Assembly (NCBI GenBank): GCA_033442325.1
Contig: JAWQFM010000026.1
Span: 1 to 64,000 of the forward strand
Direction of reading: 5' to 3'
From: Salpingoeca rosetta
Taxonomy: Eukaryota > Protista > Choanoflagellata
Length of the DNA: 64,000 bases
Positions 13,610 to 26,063 of the stretch are shown piece after piece (the first letter of the stretch is position 1; every line of letters begins with the position of its first letter). A model generated the notes under the pieces. That model did not search any database and was not told the DNA's origin. It saw only the letters and a program-made list of their open reading frames with translations. Position numbers and translations under genes: made by a program.

Positions 13610-14432
13610 ATTGGTACACTCCTTCTTCGCCGTCCTTTTGCGTTGGTTGTTTGCTCTTGTTGTCACCTTTTCGTCGCTTTTTCTTTACCCCCTCATCCAC
13701 CCATCCACCACCAACCCTTGTACAAACGAGATGCTGACGCATCTGCTTGACTGGCTGCCCATTACAGAAGACGACGATGAAACAAAGTACATCTTCACAT
13801 ACCTCGTCGAGCTCCTCCAAGCGTGACTGCTACGACTGTGTTTTGTGTGTGTGTGTCTATGTGTGTGTGCGTGTGTGTGTGTGTATGGCCTGGTCGTGCT
13901 GCATGTGTCGGTGGTGTGCTCTGCCGCCTGTCGTTCTTGTTCCCGACTGACTCCCCCGTTCTCTCTCCCATTGCTTCCCTCCTGTACCTCCCTCTCCTTC
14001 CTTTTGTTGTTGCTTCTGTAGGCGAGATCCACGCGTGACCGCGCCTGAGAGCCCGGTGAAGATTGTGCGGGCGTTTGTTTGTGCAGGTGTTGGCACCCCC
14101 GCGGCCGCCGTCGAAAGGCCCACTGCCAGGGCATGTACACAGCCTCATGGTGCGTGGGTTGTGTTGTGTGTGATTGATGTGATGTGGGTGTGTGGGTGTT
14201 TGCTGCCTCGAATATAAGCGACTGTCGTGTACTTCGTGTACTTTCCCATCCCCCTCTTCCTCCCTCCTCCTTCCTCCTCCTTCCTCTCCTCATTCTCACG
14301 CCCTCGTGTCGTTTCCTCTCGTAGAACATGCAGGATTCGCCTGCCCACGGTGTGTTGGGGCAGTTGACGCAGGACCCCGGAGGTGCACGCCGCGTGCAGC
14401 GCGCTGTTGAGGCACTTAGCTCGTCCGCATAG
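12960..14432 (+). pseudogene. IPO5: Importin-5 (karyopherin beta-3) partial copy: 5'-truncated and internally deleted
   Basis: LANVAQERFLDY..PFMKNILHHANDRQYRMLRGLMGVSVCKDMF..EEDDPQ, NTSATENCISVFVKI and LLDWLPITEDDDETKYIFTYLVELL match IPO5 motifs ([36 protein letters not shown].ED..E). The conserved KTIECIS segment, the N-terminal half and a long central part are missing. The last exon ends in TAG at 14432. Confidence 0.8.
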
Positions 14433-15371
14433 TCGCCATGTTGTGATGTGTCGTGTCAACTTGTGCACCAGTTGAACGAATGGCTGAATGTCTGTCGGTT
14501 CCTCTGTCGCATTCCTCTTGTTTCCGTTTCTTGCTCTCTTCCCTCTTCTTCTCTTCTCTTCTTCTGTTCTGTTCTTCCCTTCCTTCACTCTCCCTCTCGC
14601 CTGCCTGCTTGCTTGCTTGCTTATGTCACGCCCTTCTTGTGCTTGCCTGTTCTTTTCATTGTATGGCGCTGTGTACGGCTGAACACGTTCTTGGTGTGTT
14701 TGGTGGATGTGTGCTGCTGCTGCTGCTGTGTGTGGTTTGATTTTGGCTTGTAACTGGAGGGTGTTGTTTGATGTGCAGAGGGGTTGGCTGTTGTTTGGTT
14801 GGCTTGGCTTCCTGTTGCGTATGGGCACTGCTGTGTGTGTGGATGTGTGTTGAGGTGTTGAGAGCGTTGTTTGTGGGTTGTGTGGCGGACCTGTTCTTTC
14901 CTCAGTAAATGGCTCGATGAAAATGATGAGACCCGCTTGACGGTGGTGATGGTGGAGCGGCGGTGATGTTTGTGGTGTTGATGTGGCTACAGACATTGGT
15001 GTGTTGTACCAACCAGGCAAGACCAAAGAAGCGAGGAGGGCGCGGCTGTTGTTCCTTTCGGTGACAAAGCGAGTTGGGTTGTTGCTGGCTGGCTGGAGGC
15101 ACTTCATCCTGTTTGTTTGTTGTGTTCCTGTCGACAACGAGGGCTCGAAGAGATTGTTGACGAACATCTTCCACCGAAGCGCAGCTGTGCGGATAACCTC
15201 TGCAAGGTTTTGCGAATCGTCCAGATGGCTGAGTCGCAAAACAACAACACACACAAAACAAAGAAAGAAGAAGCAGTGCGTTCTCGTCGTCCATTTTGTC
15301 GTCGTCTTCTTCCAGCCGCTCACAAACACGTCACAACAAGCCACAAGGAGAAAAGACGCCGCGCCGCCGCC

Positions 15372-18300
15372 ATGTCCGGCGGAGAGAAGAGAGCGAGGGA
15401 GGAGGTGGAGGCGTTGCTGGCGCAGACGAAGCTGAAGGATGGGGTGAAGGACCAGATTAGGGCCATCGCCAACAACACGTGTGGGGAGGGAATATAGTGA
15501 GTGCAAAAGCAACCAAAACGACGTGTTGGAACATGCATGCATGTGTTGGACACAAGGACACTTCCTGTGGTTGTGCTTATTCTTCTCCCCCTCTCCCCCT
15601 CCCTCTCTGCTTGGCTTGTCCTTGTGTTGCAATGAGCGTGGTGTGGCTTGCTGTTGGGTGTTTACGTGTGCGTGTCCTGTCCCCTCGCACCGCCTGGACA
15701 CACTGTGTGTGTTTGTGGCAGGTTGGGACTGGCACCCTCATGTTTTTGCTCTGTGTATCCTCAGTCTTCTTGCTCATTTCATGACACACACCATTCATTT
15801 GTAATTACAGCTTGGTTGGTGCTGGCCTCGGCGTCATTGGGGCGCGTGCGGTGGCAGAGGCGCTCAAGCACAACACCTGCCTCAAACAACTCCGGTGCGT
15901 GGTGATGATGAATCTGCATCGTGTGATATGCATGGTTGATTGGGATGGCGGTGTTGCATGTTGCACCCCTTTCTCCTCCCCTGCTTGCGCATGTTTGGAC
16001 GTGTGTTCACCTTCGCTCCCTGCGTTTCCTTGTGTGCCTGCACAGCCTGGCAGTCAATTCCATCGGCGATGAGGGCGCTGTGGCGTTGGCGGAGATGCTG
16101 AAGCACAACACGGCCCTCAAACAACTCTAGTGAGTGTGTACACGCACACATGCACACATGTATGCTGCGTCACTGCCATTGCACCTTATCACGTGCACAT
16201 GTGTGGTTGATGGGGTGGGGTTCAACGACTGTGTTGACACCCACAACAATCATCATGACGCACGCACTCACTCTTCCTCATCCATGTGGCATCATGGACC
16301 TGCGTGGCATTCACCATACCGTCTTGACAGCCTGTACAACAACCGCATCGGCGATGAGGGCGCCGTGACGTTGGCGGAGATGCTGAAGCACAACACGACC
16401 ATGACATTGCTCGAGTGAGTGGAAGATACTCTTTGCAATGTGTGTCTTTAGGCGCTTCTTCTGCAATACCCATGTGCAGATGGAGGCATCGCAAGCCACC
16501 CACGATGTCTCTGCGACATGTTTGTCCAACCAACAAATGCTTCCATCCTTCACCTGTGCCACAAGTGCTGCCACATCCTGTGCAACTGGCATTTGCCCCC
16601 TTTGCCTCCGCCATTGTGCCTTAAAAGTCGTAGGACCTGATGTGCGAGCGAGTACGCGCGCACGTGGTCCATCTGCAACCCACTTTCATCCATGACACTG
16701 ACACGTGTTGCTTGCCCACCCGTTCCCCTGCCCTTCCAACATGCATTTCTTGCCACTTGCAGCTTGACCAACAACTCCATCACCCCGGTTGGCGGTGCGG
16801 CGCTGGGTGCCGCACTGGACCAGAACCGCACGCTAGAAACGCTCTGGTTTGTCGATTGCGTTGCGCCTGCCTCATGAACGCCTGTGTCCTGTTGTGGATT
16901 TGTGTGACCAATCGCCACTCTTTTGAGTGCACGTCACACTGTGTGTTTTCCTCTTTACTTGCTTGTATTTCTCCACAACCCTAACCACCAACCCTCCTGA
17001 CGCACGCACCGCACTTGCTGCCTGTTCCCAACCACACGCTACCACCACGTGTCCTCGTTTAGGATCAACAAGAACTCCACCGCCACCGCCCGCGCCTTTG
17101 GTGCCGCGCTGCCCGTCGACCGAGAACTCAGCACAGACTGGTCAGTCAACGCGTGCTTCCACTCTAGTCGTTCGCTCCTTGCCTTCTCTCTACCCTTCAC
17201 CTCACGCACACACGCTGCGTGATGCTTGCATCCAATGTCGCGTGGGATCACAGGTTTGATGACGATGAGGGCAAAGCCGCCTTTAACGAAGCACGCGCGG
17301 AGAAGAAGCGGCAGCATGAGCAGCTGTTTGCCGCCTGCAAGGATGGCGACGCTCCCGCTGTCACGTCCCTCATGGAGCAGGACAATGCAGACATCAACCA
17401 ACATAATGCACAGGTGTGTGCAATATGTGTGTGTGTGTGTGTTGTGGTTTGTTTGTGACGCCGCTCGCTCATGGTTGCACCGGCCGTGTGTTCGTTTCCA
17501 ACAGATCCTCACCACACGTGCCATGCCCCTTGCTACCCCCACCCAACAACAGGGCGACACGCCACTGCACGTTGCCTGCAGGCACAACCAGCCCGCCGTC
17601 GTGGAGCTGCTCCTGAAGAGAGATGCAGACACTGCCGTCAAGAACAAGAAGGTATGCTTCGCGTCGTGTGGCTGTTTCTGAAGACGTGACACAATTGTTT
17701 CTTTGCTTTGCGCTGTGTCCTCCCCCCTCTCCCTGCTTCCCTCCTTCCTCAACTCATGCGTTTTACCTTTCCAACACACGCAGGGAGAGACGCCCTATGA
17801 TGTGGCACAAGCCAACGGCCACGCTGCCATCACCAGCATGGACGGGCTGAAGCCAGGCGGCAAGCCTTCGGAGCAACCACAGCAGCAACAGCAGCCAAAA
17901 CAAGAGCCACCTGCGCCCACTCCTGCCGCCGGACCGAAGCAAGAACAACAAGCAGCGCAAGACGTGAGTGATCAGAAGAGTGCTTGCTTGCAACGCACAA
18001 GCAAATGCATCACGTCACCCATGCCATTCCTTCATCACGCTCTCCGTGGTCTCGTATCAAGCATAATCATGATGTCTCACACAACCATCACCACCGCCAC
18101 CAGCAGCAGCAGCCCGAGAAGGCGCGCAGGGAGCGTCTCCAGCAGCGCATGCGGGAGGTCATAGCACGCTTCAACGCGACCATGGCGGGCAGGGCCAAGC
18201 TCATCTTCATTGGCCAGGGGCGCGCCGGCAAGACCAGCACGTTCCACTCGCTCATAGGTCACATGTTCAACAAGCATGAGCACTCCACGCATGGCGCCGC

Positions 18301-18445
18301 CTCAACCGACCTCGCCGTCATTGTCGAATCAATGGACGTTCACGACTGGCAGGTGTGTACCCTTGTCTGGTGCGAGCATGTGATGTGTGCGACGATGGGT
18401 GTGAAGAGAGGTGGTGGTTGACACGATCATCCCCTCGCACAAGCG

Positions 18446-18510
<65 letters not shown>

Positions 18511-21489
18511 CCTTTGCAGGAGCTGGATGCGGAGATCTCGGAGTTGATGCGCAGTCTCTGCGGCACGGCGCTGGCGCAGGAATCTGGCGTGGATTGGGAG
18601 ATGAAGCAGGCGATGATGAAGGCGAAGGCCGACTTGGAGAGCCGTATCGCCCAACACCATCAGCAACAGCGGCAGCAGGAAGCCGAGAAGGCAAAGAAGG
18701 CAGCAGCTGCCAAACTGAAGCAGAAGCAGTTACAGAATGCAAAGGAGACGCGGCCACGTCCATCCTCCCGCACGTCGCCAGCGACTGTCCCCAAACCCAC
18801 CAAGGCATCTCATGACTCAGCATCTGCATCCAAGAAGCATGCCACCCTGAACCCTTCGAGCCAAAGTGATGCTGCTGCCCGTGATAACACCACCACTGCC
18901 ACAACCGGCATGTCTGCGGAGGAAATGGAGAAAGCGATCAAGGAGTTCAACGTGGGCGCCGTCATGGGCGAGGGCAAAGCGCGCGTCACGTTCAAGATCT
19001 TTGACCTGGGTGGCCAGTCCACCTTCTACATCTTTCACCCTTTCTTCCTCACAGAGTGAGTGCGGCAGTGCGTGTGTACGTGTGTGTGTGTGTGTGTTGC
19101 CTGCTTGCAGTCCCTCCACCACCTCTCATTCATTCACCTCTCCCTTCATCACCCCACCCACCCAACAGGTACGCGGTGTACCTGCTGGTGTTCTCGATGG
19201 AGGACCTGTTGCACCAAGACGAGAGCAAGCGGGCTGAGACGTGGGAGTTTATGGAGCACTGGCTGTCTTCCCTCCACCTCCACGCAAAAGGCGCACCCGT
19301 CCTCATCGTGGGCACATTCGCTGACAAGATCAACGAGAGGAAGCAGCACGAGAACATATCACGCGACATCCACAACCGCCTTCGCCACAACCCAGCCTTT
19401 CCTGGCGTCATTCACAACGACAAGCATGGTCTGTGGTTCTGGCCCGTCGACAACACCAAGTCCATCCGTGACCCCATGATCCAGGACCTGCGCCAGACCA
19501 TCTCCTCCACAGCGCTGGCGCAGGAGTACGTGAGCCAGGAGGTGGCTGTGCCCTACCTCCACCTCTACGACAAGCTCAACGCCATCGCCCGCGACGAGAA
19601 GCGACCGCTGCTTACGATTGATGAGGTGGTGAAGATTGCGCGCACGTGTGGGCTGCGCACACGCCAGGAGACAAGAGCGTGCCTGCAGTTCCTGCACCTG
19701 TACTCCATGGTGCTGTACTACGACAACGTGCCAGGCATGGAGGACTATGTGATCCTGAGTCCGCAGTGGGCAGTGGACATGATGACGCGCGTCATCCGCA
19801 ACTTTGACCTGCACCACGATGTGCGTGATGGCGAGGCGAGGGCCATTGGCGCGCAGCTGTGGGACGACCTTGTTGACCGCGGGATCCTGCATCGCCGTCT
19901 ACTGGATGTGCTGTGGAGGGACTTGGAAGGTGGTACGATTGAGCCCTTCCTCCAACTCATGATGGAGTACGGGTTGTGTATCCAGTACACGGCGCCAATG
20001 GTGCGGCTGTTCGGCCCTCAACAGCAACACCAACAACACCAACAGTACCTCGTCCCAGCAATCCTGCCGATGACGCTGGAGGATGAACAGGCGTCGTCGT
20101 CGGTGACGCTGAGCACGGCAGCAGCACAGCAGGCCAATCGATACGCTGGATATGAAGAGAAGACAGCCTACGTCGCCTTCAGCCTGAGGGACTTCAAGAG
20201 CGGTGTAAGCGCAAAGATTGCAGACACGCAGCAAGCCTCTTTCCTGCCAGAGGGCCTGTTCCCGATGGTTCTGGCACGCGTGATGGCACACATGCAGCAC
20301 GGTGCAACGGAACCGCCCATGTTGAGCCGCACAGACGCCGTAATCTTCATGGACGTGGCTGAGATCGAGATGCAGCTCGTGCCGGCTGTTGGCGGCATCA
20401 AGATCAAGGTCATGGCTGCACGTCCTCGCACGCTGCTGCACATGCTGTACAACACCATCACAACAGCTGTCACGCAGCGCTACCCCGAGCTCAAGGCCAC
20501 GTTGCTGCTGCCATTCAATGACACGAGACTGCTGTTCTTCGAGGACGTGCACACCCACCACACGAACAAGAAAGCGCTTCGCGTTGGCCGCTCGCAGCTG
20601 CTGTCACCAGGGGATCTGGTCGCCAAGTATGGTCCACTCTTGCCAGTTATGGGTCAGCAGGACAAATACGACGTCTTCATCAGCTACAGGTGAGACTCGT
20701 GTGTGTGTGTGTGTATGTGTGAATGTGTGTATGGTGCGAACAGGGTGTCTTTGCTTCCCTCTCTCTTCCTTTCTTATTTCGACATTCAACCACCACGTCA
20801 CAGGCAACGCGGCAACCGAGGCCTGGTGATGACATTGTACCCTAAGTTGGACCAGCACGGACTGGTGACCTTTGTGGACGCCAACAACTTGGAGACAGGC
20901 GTCAACTTCAAGCACGCGTGCATGACAGCCCTGCACAACAGTACTGTCGCCTGCCCCGTCGTTTCCGTGGGTGCCATCCATCAAATGCGCTCGCTCAGCC
21001 ACACTGACACGTGTGATAACGTGCTGTTGGAGTGGATGGCGATGCTGGAGCTGCAGCAGCTTGCTCGCCAGCATCCAGACAACATCCGCCTTCGCCGCGT
21101 TGTTCCGCTCTTCGTTGGCAGCGGCTGGCACGACAGCAGCCACCATGTTATGAGCGCGGCGGAGGTGAGCGAGTACGACTCGTTTGACCGCCTGAAGCGG
21201 CTGGCAACAAAGTTGCCAGATGTTGTGAGTGAGAAGACGGCGTCAGCACTCGACCAGTTCTTTTCTCAGGTGCTGCACCTGCCACCACCCCAGCAGCACA
21301 AGAGCGTGCGCGAAGTGGTTTTGTCGCTGTTTGACATTGACGCTGTCGTTGTATTCGATGCCACTGTGGACCGCACGTCACAGCTGCGCGACATTGCAGA
21401 GAAGGTGCGCCAGGTCGTCGTCTCTGCCAGGAGCAAGCAGCAAGCAGGGAGTGGAGCAACAACTGCATGTCGTTCCACGCAGGTATGGC

Positions 21490-21566
<77 letters not shown>

Positions 21567-21996
21567 GTGCTTGTCTATGTGTGGCTGTGTGTTCGTGAGT
21601 GGTTGTTTTCGTACATGCAGCAGTCGCACTCCTTTCTCCCTTCCACTTGGCGCGTGCTGTGCCTCACTCAACCCCTCTAACTCGTCTGCACGGCAGACAT
21701 CTTCCTCGACCTCCACCGCTACAACTCCCGTTACACCATCACCTGCCACCCCATCGTCCTCGTCCCCAAGCTCATTTGAGCCCGAGCTGATTCAATGGCT
21801 CAACCGCCACTCGCTGCTGCCGCACGTTAAGTCCGCGCTGATAGAGCACGGCATAGATACGGTGGAGGTGTTGGTGGCGTTGGTGCATGAGCGCGAGCTG
21901 ACCATGCAGATGCTGAAAGACTCAAAAGTGGCTGTTGGGCACGCCATGAAGCTTCTGCGAGAGGCCAAGAAGTGCAACGTGGACAGCACAGCCTAG
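15372..21996 (+). CDS. LRR-ankyrin-Roc-COR-TIR-SAM multidomain ROCO protein (~1420 aa, 14 exons)
   Basis: Exons 15372-15496, 15811-15894, 16046-16129, 16331-16414, 16763-16846, 17063-17140, 17254-17413, 17553-17651, 17784-17963, 18104-18352, 18520-19055, 19169-20689, 20804-21482, 21697-21996. All GT-AG and phase-compatible, 4263 nt in total. Motifs: RI-type LRR (NSIGDEGAVALAEMLKHNTALKQL); ankyrin (GDTPLHVAC, GETPYDVA); P-loop GQGRAGKTS; switch STHG; DLGGQSTFYIFHPFFL; PVLIVGTFAD; COR (LQFLHLYSMVLYY..VILSPQW, YLVPAILP, FLPEGLFPMVL); TIR (YDVFISYR..FVD..DNVLLEW); SAM (LIQWL..ALIEHGID..GHAMKLL). Confidence 0.92.
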
Positions 21997-22887
21997 CGTC
22001 TCACACACTGGTACCCCTGCTTCATTGCCTGCTTGCCGTTGTTCCCTTTTGGTTTGCCTCTGTACTTCCGTTTTTCATGCTGCACGGCTTGCCTCCTTCC
22101 GCGCATCATTCTGGAGCATTTGTGCGCTTCTGTTTGTTGCCGCTACTCAGTCACTTCACCCATTGCCCAGGTGGCAGTTGGATGCCTTGTGTGAAAAGCC
22201 CGTTTCTGTCTCAATACAGATCGTTCTTTCGCGCCATGCTCGTTCCGTGTACTTCTTTCTTGCTTGCCAAATACACACATGCACGTCACCCCTTGTTGGG
22301 GACGTGCGTGTGATATGGACAACATGTGCTGTCGTTCCCTGCACTGTCCTAATGCTAGTCCCGAGTACTTTGCTCTTGTTCCTGCTGTTCGCTTATGATG
22401 GCAACCACGTGATGTTGACGACAGTCCGCTATCGCTACCTCCTCTTCTTGTCTTCTTTTTCTCCTTCTTCTTGACTCCCTTCTACCAATGAACCCAAGGA
22501 ATAACAAAGCACGCAACCATAACACCCCTGGTCATCGCGTCAGTGCTGCTGCTGCTCTCGTGGTTGCCACGATCACGTGGCTCACGTCAGCCACTCACCA
22601 CACGCAAACGTCTTCATCGCGAATGATCCCACTCAGGAGCTCAGACAAGACGACTGCCTCACGAAGTCCCGACATCACGGGAGGTGATGCCTTGTTGTTG
22701 TGGGTGGGAATATCGGTACACTCTCGTGATGTGTTGTGCAGTGTTTCTCGACTTGATTGCTGTTGGTTGCCATGTATGGATGGAGAAGTCTCACCGCAAA
22801 GAAGCAAGAGAAATGCACGAACAGCAACGGCATGTAGAACGCATGCGTTTGCAACAGACACAAAGGCATGAAAAGAACCCCCCCCCC

Positions 22888-22930
<43 letters not shown>

Positions 22931-22937
22931 CCACATG

Positions 22938-23964
22938 TCAGATGCGGTAAAAGTAAAAGTCATAGTAGGCGCCGCCACCTGCAAGCCAACCGCAAACGTA
23001 GAACACAACGCCAAGCATGATATGTGTGTGTGTGTGTGCAGTGTGAGTGCACAGTGGCTGGCTGGCAACGATGAAGGAAGCATGGGAAGTGCACACAACG
23101 CATGGCACGAGCGATCAAGCACACAAAAGAAGCAGACGCACCATACTCGTGCGAGTAGTACTGGATGCGATACGTCCCGCCAGGCAGATTGTAATCCGCT
23201 GTGTGTCCATTGCACGACGTGCAACCGCCACACCCGTGCTGCAGACAAGCGTGAAAATGCGTGTGCGTTGTGCGTTGTGCATTGGTGCATTGGTGTCAAG
23301 GAAGTGAAACAACACCAACGCACACACATGCACGCACACACACATACACACGTGCACGCACACATACACACACATGCATACACACACGCATACACACACA
23401 CACCACACATACACACAAAACTACATAGACACGCACGTCGATTGGGCTGAACGTTGTTGGCCCGCTGATAATGTGGATCTGGCAGCAGTCGTCAGAGCGG
23501 CCTGAAATGTCGAAGAGAGATCAACACAGGATGCATTGTCAATAGTCGTGCGGTTGAAAGCTAATGTCCCACAAACACTCGTGAGTCACGACAAGCGTCG
23601 ATCACACCAAGCAGCACGCACAGTAGAAGCGGTAGCGGCCAGCGGCGATCTTGACGGTCGATACGGCAGTCACGCTGTAGTCGCTACCGTGATCACCCCC
23701 ATGGAGGAACGTGTTTCGATAGTTGGGGTAGGTGCGGCAGCCTGACTCAGGGAAACGGCGAAGGAAAGCGAAAAAGGAAGGTGGGGGGGACAAGCATGAG
23801 AAACAAACAGAATCCGAACGGGCGAACAACACACACATAGCACACACGCACACACATAGAGCACACCCACACTACACACAACACACACACACTACACACA
23901 ACACACACGCACAACACCCACACCCACACACACACACACATAGAGCACACACAGCACACACACA

Positions 23965-24008
<44 letters not shown>

Positions 24009-24109
24009 CNNNNNNNNNNNNNNNNNNNNNNNNNNNNNNNNNNNNNNNNNNNNNNNNNNNNNNNNNNNNNNNNNNNNNNNNNNNNNNNNNNNNNNNNNNN
24101 NNNNNNNNN

Positions 24110-24147
<38 letters not shown>

Positions 24148-24864
24148 GCTCTCTGCTCCGCCCATTCGCCAGTAGCCGGCAGGACAGTCATCCGATGCAA
24201 TCTGCAGTCATGTCAAGCAAACCAGGGACAGAGAATAGGTGAAGGCTGGAATGTACAGCAAATGCGTCTGCTTGCAAGCAAGAGCAGGCAACGTGTTCAC
24301 GGCACAGTTGCAGCATACACGCACCACTGAAATGCCTCCAGGCAAGCACTCGAACGGGGCCGTGCGAATGCATTCTGTTGAGAGCGGGTAGGAGCCGCTG
24401 GAGCACGTGCACGACTTGCATGACGTCTCTGTCGATGAGAAATTCAAGCATGACCACAACAACACACATCACACATTATACATGAGGTGTGAGAAGCGTT
24501 GGAAAAGAAAGCGCAAGTACAAGGGTGAACAAACACGCAAGCACATGCATGTGGCTGTGGCGTCAGGGCGTGTTGAGTATCTTCCCCAAACGCCAACACA
24601 CAAACAATCGCACGCATACCTCGATGTGTCCCAGCGTCCTGGTATGTGCCTTCGGGGCATGTAAAGCAGTTGCTGATGCCTTGGGTCGCTTCGCACGGCT
24701 GCATGTACGTGCCAACGCCGCAATGGGAAGGTGCACACGGCCAGCACGCCGACTCCAGGCCAGATGACGGGCTGTACGTGAAAGGCGGGCATGATGAGCA
24801 GCCGTTGCTCTCCGTGTCTGTGCACCAGCTGCTGACGTACTTGCCTGCATTTGGGGTTGTGCGG

Positions 24865-24953
<89 letters not shown>

Positions 24954-26025
24954 GGGGGGGGGGGGCACTGTGAGTGAGAGCATGGTGATGACTCGGCGCA
25001 GCCGCAGCAGCAAACGAGCGTTGTGATGCAATGATAACACAGGCGCACACACAGACAGACACACACAGACAGACACACAGACAGACACAGACGCACAGAC
25101 ACACACAGACACACACACACACACACACACACGCAGACAAACACACACACACGCAGACACATACACATGTACCTGCGGGGCATCGCTGAAAGCAGCGGTC
25201 GAGGGCACCGTTTGATGCCATCAGGTTCTGAACGGCCGTTTCAAGTCCGCCAACCACGTCCGCCGTGTCTGCTACCTGGTCGTTCGTGGCACTCAGTTCA
25301 TCCGTGAGCGTCTGCACCTGCGTGCTAATCGCGTCTTGCAATTCGCCCCGAAGAGAATCAGCGGTGGCCGTGGCCTTTGCATCGACCTGCCATGGTGTTG
25401 AGTGTTGCGGTGGCGATTGCGCGTTGGTGAAATGGGCTGGCCGCACACCTCAGTACACCTACACGTGCAATTTGGGAGTTGAGGCAGAATGCAGAAGCCA
25501 AGGTCCAACAGGCCATGCAGTGCGTTGACTCACAAATGCCATGAGGCTTGGCACGGTGCTCATCTCCAGTGAGTCGAGCCGACCAGAAGCCGTGCTGACG
25601 TCGGAATCAAGACCGCCCAAACGCCCATTCACCGCAGTCTCCAAGCTTGTCGTCTGCCGTGTGCGTGAGTGCATGCGTGCATGTGTATGTGTATGTGTGC
25701 TTGAGCACATGTGAGTGTTTGAGCACATGTGAGTGCTTGAGCACATGTGAGTGTTTGAGCACATGTGAGTGTGTGCCCATGTGCGCACACAACTTGTGTG
25801 CATGGGGCAAGGTGCATGCCATACTGCAACGGCCAAACAATGCCACCACCGCTGCGCACCGCTGTCTCCAGTGACGCAGCTGCACCCTCGAGGTACGCCA
25901 CCAGCGGCTCGCCTGCGATAACATACACGAAAACATGACCAGCAGTGAGCAAAGGCGAGCACCACGAGGGAGTTAGAAACGCACGTTTACAAGCAGTGGC
26001 ACACGATCTGACGCTCACCCTTAAC

Positions 26026-26063
<38 letters not shown>

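Noticed and set aside
14145-15701. 518-aa minus-strand ORF overlapping the ROCO 5' region
   Set aside because: Low-complexity, no recognisable domain, and overlaps a well-supported plus-strand exon.
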